A stretch of DNA of 33,649 bases from Candidatus Eiseniibacteriota bacterium (GTDB lineage: Bacteria; Eisenbacteria; RBG-16-71-46): assembly GCA_031366795.1 (NCBI GenBank), contig JANLOX010000179.1, positions 1 to 33,649 on the forward strand. The letters are read 5' to 3'. Every line of letters starts with the position of its first letter. The first letter of the stretch is position 1. Below the pieces are notes generated by a model. It was not told the DNA's origin. It saw only the letters and a list, made by a program, of their open reading frames with translations, and made no database searches. The translations under genes and the position numbers were made by a program. Shown piece after piece: positions 29,195-33,649 of the stretch.

Positions 29195-30595
29195 TTAGAA
29201 CCCAACCACGGCTTCGAACATCACGCCCTTGAACTCGCCACCATTGCGGACGTCCGTCGTGGGGAAGCCCTTGTCCTTCTGGTCGACGTACTCGAGTTTT
29301 GCCAGCAGCGACTGGGTCAGGAACCATCCGCCACCTACCTGCAACCGCTCGATGGTGAGATCCTGTGTGATCCCGGCGAGCTTGCCCTTGGCCTGGTCAT
29401 AACGGCCCGCGGCATAGAGGTGATTGTGGCAGAGGCGGTACACGACTTCGCCCGCGTTCTGCGTCCATGTGCGGTCCGAGGTCTCACCCAGCCTGCCGCC
29501 CTTGGCCTGCTCGATGTTGCCGAAGATTTCGAGGCCCTGGTACTTGATGAATGGGTTGATCACCCACGCCGTCACCTTGCGGCTGAAGCCAGGCTGCAGA
29601 TCGCCCGACCACGCCTGCCCGGCTTCCGTGGCGTTGATGTTTTCGAGCACATAGTAGTAACGCGATCCCGAACGGCTGCCGCTGTAGAGCGTGTTGTTGT
29701 TCGACTTGGACGTCTTGTAGAGGGAGCCGGTCAGGCGCACTCGCAGCGACGGGTCGATCTGTTTGTCGAAGCCGACCTTGGCCATCACGGCGGGCGAGCG
29801 GTTTTCAGGCTTGAGCACCTGGCCCCGCACTTCACCGCCGGTCACCGCGACCATTCCCAGCATGTCATGGCCGCGCACGTAGGCTTCGCCACCGACCTCG
29901 GTCGTGAAGGCCTCCATGATCAGGTTGCCGACCAGCGGGTTGTACATCGCGTTGCCGTTGTCGGTGCGGCGGAAGTGGGCATCGCCGTAGTTGATCTCGA
30001 AGTGGCCGACCCTGAGGGTCAGGTAGTCCATCAGGCGATCGAGCGACTTGTTCTCCCACGGGGAGCCGTCGATCAACAGGTAGCCATCCTTCACCCACAT
30101 CTCGCTGTGGTGGCGCGAAGACATGTAGCTCGTCATGGCGACGCGAATGCCGCGCGCCAGCTGGGCATCGAGGTACAGGTTCGCTTCGGCGTTGTTGAAG
30201 CCCGGGCCGATCTTGATCAGCGAATCAACGTTGACCGCCGGGATTCCCACGTAGTTCGGGGCGGCGGTATTCAAGTGCGTGAGGCTCTGGAACTGCTGCG
30301 TGAATGCGGCACCCCACTCGATCGCGAATCCCGTGTAGGGCACGGTTTCGCGTTTCGGGGCCTCGAACACATTGAGACCGCGAGAGTCATGCGCGCGCAG
30401 CCGGTCGATGGTGATGGGGCGCTCCAGCGCGCGATCGTTTGCAGCCGGCGCCGAGCGCTGCATGGCGACGGTGCTGTCGGATTGAGCGGCGGCGATGCGG
30501 GGTAAGGAGGGGAGTACCAACAGCGCGGCGACGATTCCTGCCCACGTGATCTGGGCGGCGGTCCTGGTCTGGTTCTGGTTCTGGGTCATGGTCAT
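29195..30595 (-). CDS. Uncharacterised outer-membrane beta-barrel (porin-like) protein
   Basis: Signal peptide, amphipathic strands, VGHFEINYGDAHFRRTDNG, and C-terminal FEAVVGF barrel signal; AAAGGA RBS before ATG 30595. Confidence 0.72.
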   Translation of the reverse strand: MTMTQNQNQTRTAAQITWAGIVAALLVLPSLPRIAAAQSDSTVAMQRSAPAANDRALERPITIDRLRAHDSRGLNVFEAPKRETVPYTGFAIEWGAAFTQQFQSLTHLNTAAPNYVGIPAVNVDSLIKIGPGFNNAEANLYLDAQLARGIRVAMTSYMSSRHHSEMWVKDGYLLIDGSPWENKSLDRLMDYLTLRVGHFEINYGDAHFRRTDNGNAMYNPLVGNLIMEAFTTEVGGEAYVRGHDMLGMVAVTGGEVRGQVLKPENRSPAVMAKVGFDKQIDPSLRVRLTGSLYKTSKSNNNTLYSGSRSGSRYYYVLENINATEAGQAWSGDLQPGFSRKVTAWVINPFIKYQGLEIFGNIEQAKGGRLGETSDRTWTQNAGEVVYRLCHNHLYAAGRYDQAKGKLAGITQDLTIERLQVGGGWFLTQSLLAKLEYVDQKDKGFPTTDVRNGGEFKGVMFEAVVGF

Positions 30596-30608
30596 TGCGC
30601 GATCCTTT

Positions 30609-31346
30609 CTAGTTGCTGCTCGAAGGTGAACTGGTGGCTTCACTCTTCGGGGCCAACAGCAGGCGGTAGCGAACGACGATCCGGTCCGCTACGCGCAGGG
30701 TGCCCAACATCATTTTGGGCGGCTTGATTCCGAAGTTGCTCATCAACAGCGGTTCGCTCCCGACGAGCCACACACCATGGGGCGAGTGGTAAGCCTTGGC
30801 ATCGAGCGTGTCCGGGCGCTGCACGCCGGCGATATTCAGCGTGCCTTCGGCGTGGATCATCAGCGTGTCCGCGGTGGTGGGGCCGACGATCGAATACTTG
30901 GCGAGATGGAACCAGATCGTCGGGTGTTCGCTGGCCTTCAGCGCCTTCCACAGGTTCTTGTCGATGCCGGATTTTTCGGAACGCAAAGTCATCACCGGGA
31001 CTTCGAGATCGAGCCCGCGCACTCCCGCGCCACGCACCAGTGCCTCGAGGCCGGCGACTCCCGGAGCCAGTTTGGCGCCCGGATCACGCGTCAGCGTGAG
31101 CGAAGACTGCGTGGTCTTGCTCTCGAAGTCATGGAGAGTGGATGTGCCCTCGAGCCACAACACGCTGCCGGTGCCGAGACTCAACGGCAGCGGGAGTGCT
31201 GCGTTCTCAGCGACCGCGTTACTTGCGCGCCCGATGGGAATCAGCATTCCGACCATCATCAGCGCTGCGAGCGCGGTTCCCCTCGCCCTAGAGACTGCCG
31301 TAGCGCCTGGGGTGCGGGCGTCACGTCCTGCATTCCTAGTGTTCAT
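30609..31346 (-). CDS. YceI family polyisoprenoid-binding periplasmic protein
   Basis: EGTSTLHDF, LRSEKSGIDKNLWKALKASEHPTIWF, GTLNIAGV, MSNFGIKPP; GGAGGAG RBS before ATG 31346. Confidence 0.9.
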   Translation of the reverse strand: MNTRNAGRDARTPGATAVSRARGTALAALMMVGMLIPIGRASNAVAENAALPLPLSLGTGSVLWLEGTSTLHDFESKTTQSSLTLTRDPGAKLAPGVAGLEALVRGAGVRGLDLEVPVMTLRSEKSGIDKNLWKALKASEHPTIWFHLAKYSIVGPTTADTLMIHAEGTLNIAGVQRPDTLDAKAYHSPHGVWLVGSEPLLMSNFGIKPPKMMLGTLRVADRIVVRYRLLLAPKSEATSSPSSSN

Positions 31347-31394
31347 TGAACTCCTCCGTTCGCCCCGAATTTCGGGCGTCACGGAGAGTTCACC

Positions 31395-31409
31395 GCAATG
31401 GGCATGCCA
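31395..31409 (-). promoter_or_regulatory. sigma54 (-24/-12) promoter for the YceI operon
   Basis: The - strand reads TGGCATGCCCATTGC, close to the consensus TGGCACG-N4-TTGC, about 50 nt upstream of the ATG. Confidence 0.8.
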
Positions 31410-31424
31410 CGCATTGTCACGCAC

Positions 31425-31437
31425 GCTCAAGTGATTG
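31425..31437 (+). promoter_or_regulatory. Possible IHF-binding site
   Basis: GCTCAAGTGATTG is an imperfect match to WATCAA-N4-TTR and lies between the sigma54 promoter and the putative UAS. Confidence 0.3.
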
Positions 31438-31519
31438 CGGCGGAAGCGCTTGGCGCGGTACATGCCAACCGGAATCGCACTCAAGGGGGAGAATCTGGGG
31501 ATTATCGGGCGTATCAATC

Positions 31520-31553
31520 GGACAGCCTGTCAGCGCTAGCTGACAGGCTGTCA
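31520..31553. promoter_or_regulatory. Tandem palindromic putative enhancer (UAS) sites
   Basis: GGACAGCCTGTCA (31520-31532) and TGACAGGCTGTCA (31541-31553), centres 21 bp apart. Together they form a 14-bp perfect inverted repeat, 111-144 bp upstream of the -24 box. Confidence 0.68.
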
Positions 31554-31616
31554 TGCCACGGTAGCGCTTTGGTGGCAAAGAGCGATCGGATTGAACGCGG
31601 CGTGCGTCTCGAGGAC

Positions 31617-32561
31617 TCAGGGAAGCGTCGGCGCGCCGAGAAATTCGTTTACAACTTGTACGAATTTCTCGGGCTCCTCGAAGTAGGGCAGGTGCCCGCT
31701 GCGCTCGAACACGACCCAGCGGGAGCCGGGAATCGCCTTGTGGATCTTCCACGCGGTGCTGGGGGCGACATTGATGTCGTAGCGGCCGGTCGCGACCAGC
31801 GTAGGCATGTGCAGCGAGGGGAGGACGGGCCACATGTCGAGCTTGCTGAGCTCCGCATCGAGCGTTTCATTGACCGAACGCGTGAGCTGGTAGGTCGAAG
31901 CACGTGACAGAAACTCGTCGCGCTTGGCCTGCGACAGCATCAGCATCCCCAGGTACTCCATCAGGCTCGCCCGGAAGGCCGTGCTGTCACCAGTGCCATC
32001 GTTAAAGTCGAGGGCTCCCTGGCGCTCGATCGCCTCGGGGAACACGTACTTGAAGATGAAATCCGTGTCGCTCCACTTCGGGGAGGCCGAGTCGACGATC
32101 ATCAAGTGCGCGACGTGCTCCGGGTGGCGCGCGGCGTAAGCCATCACGAGGTAGCCGCCCCATGAATGCCCGAGCAGGTCGATCTGGGGAGCATGCAGCT
32201 GCTCCCGCAGGGCATCGAGATCCGCGATCTGGTCCGCGAGCGTGCAGCTCTCTCCCTTGCGCAGGGGGCCAGCGCGGCCATTACCGCGCTGGTCGTAGAT
32301 GACGACGCGGCGTCCCTCGGCCAGCTTGTCCCAAGCGTCCGAGCACAGCACGTAGGTGTGGTCGAACCCGGGCCCGCCGTTGACCATCACCATGGGGCGG
32401 CCACTGACGTTGCTGCGCACTTCATACCAAATGTGCGCGCCACCAGGGGTGGTGAACGCCGCGGCGGCGCCACTGGGGTGCGACGGGTTCGCGTGGACCA
32501 GCGTCGCGAGCAGCATCGCGGCGCACGCGACGAAGGTGATGCGAGCGAACACACGCGACAT
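31617..32561 (-). CDS. Secreted alpha/beta hydrolase, proline iminopeptidase-like
   Basis: NGGPG, YDQRGNG, nucleophile elbow GHSWGG, GRYD and SGHLP; signal peptide; GGAGG RBS. Confidence 0.88.
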   Translation of the reverse strand: MSRVFARITFVACAAMLLATLVHANPSHPSGAAAAFTTPGGAHIWYEVRSNVSGRPMVMVNGGPGFDHTYVLCSDAWDKLAEGRRVVIYDQRGNGRAGPLRKGESCTLADQIADLDALREQLHAPQIDLLGHSWGGYLVMAYAARHPEHVAHLMIVDSASPKWSDTDFIFKYVFPEAIERQGALDFNDGTGDSTAFRASLMEYLGMLMLSQAKRDEFLSRASTYQLTRSVNETLDAELSKLDMWPVLPSLHMPTLVATGRYDINVAPSTAWKIHKAIPGSRWVVFERSGHLPYFEEPEKFVQVVNEFLGAPTLP

Positions 32562-32667
32562 GAAGCACCTCCCGGTTGGGGTGAATCACGGGAAGATGCG
32601 TTATCGCGAGCGCAGGCGCCAGCGTGAGTTATGGCGGGTGGTTTGCCTGCCTGCTCAATGTCCCCGG

Positions 32668-33036
32668 CTAGTTGCTCGTGACGCTGTGCGTCATGTTGCT
32701 CGTGTTCGTCCAAGTGACTTTGCCACCGACGGGAATCGAGACCGAGGCCGGCGAGAATGCGAAACTCGCGATATCCACGCTCTGCAGTGAATCCACCGCG
32801 GGCGTGCTGGTCGCGACGACGACGATGCCCGTCATGCTGCCGTGGAACCTGCAGTGATACGGATACGCGCCCGCGGTGAAAAACCGGTGGGAGTACTGCC
32901 CACCCAATGGCGTCAGGTCCTGACTCAACTCGAGCGCCGCCCCAGCGGGAGCGGTGCTCTTGTCCTTCGAGCCCCCACAGCCGGCCGAAGCCAATAGGAC
33001 CAAGAGCGCGGCAGTCAGTGCAACTCGATGGGTCAT
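32668..33036 (-). CDS. Circularly permuted plastocyanin/amicyanin-like blue copper lipoprotein
   Basis: Lipobox ASAGC; YPYHCRFHGSMTGIVVV comes before FAFSPASVSIPVGGKVTWTNTSNMTHSVTS; GGAGG RBS before ATG 33036. Confidence 0.8.
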   Translation of the reverse strand: MTHRVALTAALLVLLASAGCGGSKDKSTAPAGAALELSQDLTPLGGQYSHRFFTAGAYPYHCRFHGSMTGIVVVATSTPAVDSLQSVDIASFAFSPASVSIPVGGKVTWTNTSNMTHSVTSN

Positions 33037-33128
33037 CAAGCGTTGCCTCCAATTCAATGGGTGCAGCAAGCACGGCCGCATTTCCTTCAGATGCAGCTTA
33101 CCCGAATAGGTTTAGACTCGCGCGGCCC

Positions 33129-33649
33129 ATGACGCGCACGCCCAGCCAACCAGCCCTCACCGATACTCTCTGCACGGCCTGCGGGCTGTGCTGCGACGGG
33201 ACGCTGCTCGCCGATGTGGAGCTCGGCGGCAAGGATGACCTGGTGGCGCTCGAGATCCTGGGGCTTGAGATCGAGGACCCCGACGAGGAGCACGACGGAC
33301 TCCTGCTGCTGCCGTGCGGCGCCCTGCGGGGAACGCGCTGCAGCATCTACGCGCACCGCCCGGAGTGCTGCAGGACGTTCGAGTGCCGGCTGCTGCAGGA
33401 AGCCGGGCGTGGGCTCGTCACGGTCGAGCGGGCCATGGTCACGATCAACGATGCCGTGGTGCGCGTCGCACGGGTTCGATCGCTCGTGGATGCATTGGAT
33501 CCCGGCCAGGACCGGATGTCGTTGAAGGAGCGAAGCCTCGAAGCGCTCGCGAACTCCGACGCCGATAGCATGGATGCGGGAGTCCGGCGCACCCGGGGGC
33601 AGTTGGAAACCGAGATGCACGCGCTCGAGGACATTCTGCGCGATCGATT
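33129..33649 (+). CDS. YkgJ family cysteine-cluster (zinc/iron-chelating) protein, 3'-truncated by the window edge
   Basis: Manual translation from ATG 33129: LCTACGLCCDGTL...LPCGALRGTRCSIYAHRPECCRTFEC; frame stays open to the end of the window. Confidence 0.85.
   Translation, partial: MTRTPSQPALTDTLCTACGLCCDGTLLADVELGGKDDLVALEILGLEIEDPDEEHDGLLLLPCGALRGTRCSIYAHRPECCRTFECRLLQEAGRGLVTVERAMVTINDAVVRVARVRSLVDALDPGQDRMSLKERSLEALANSDADSMDAGVRRTRGQLETEMHALEDILRDR

Noticed and set aside
29051..30505. Long antisense ORFs (also 13886-15280, 16014-17405, 24019-25296, 26443-27735, 7578-8777)
   Set aside because: Shadow frames of real genes, expected in high-GC DNA; no recognisable motifs.
31450..31468. 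Additional GG-N10-GC element within the TTGGC-N9-GCCAA palindrome
   Set aside because: Lacks the TTGC -12 box on either strand, and a better site exists at 31395-31409.
31521..31552. 14-bp inverted repeat as the terminator of the hydrolase gene
   Set aside because: No U-tract on the - strand, and each arm is itself a palindrome matching the 12783-12815 motif, so a protein-binding role fits better. A dual role cannot be excluded.

Overview
High-GC bacterial chromosomal window with no rRNA, tRNA, CRISPR array or mobile element that I can recognise. A Kelch protein with a T9SS-type C-terminal tail, a fused CcoN-O and a monoheme CcoP suggest an FCB-group-related lineage such as Ca. Eisenbacteria (inference only). 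The core is a low-oxygen respiration island: a complete cbb3 oxidase operon (ccoNO-Q-P-G-H, a DsbD_2/TauE-like gene, ccoI, ccoS) transcribed divergently from a USP, ADP-forming acyl-CoA synthetase and cytochrome c unit. That unit converges on a Cyc2-like cytochrome-porin plus a lipoprotein cytochrome c. Further right are two PAS kinases (one FixL-like, one with 4 Cys), an NtrC-type sigma54 activator, and a YceI / outer-membrane barrel / SRPBCC / pseudo-receiver operon. Three sigma54 -24/-12 elements and a shared tandem 13-bp palindrome can be read directly from the DNA and link these operons into one candidate regulon. Other notable items are a circularly permuted blue-copper lipoprotein, CarH-like 11-bp direct repeats upstream of a DUF4397-DUF378-SDR unit, and a Cys4 insertion in the acyl-CoA synthetase. 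Family assignments come from motif recognition by eye, not database searches.
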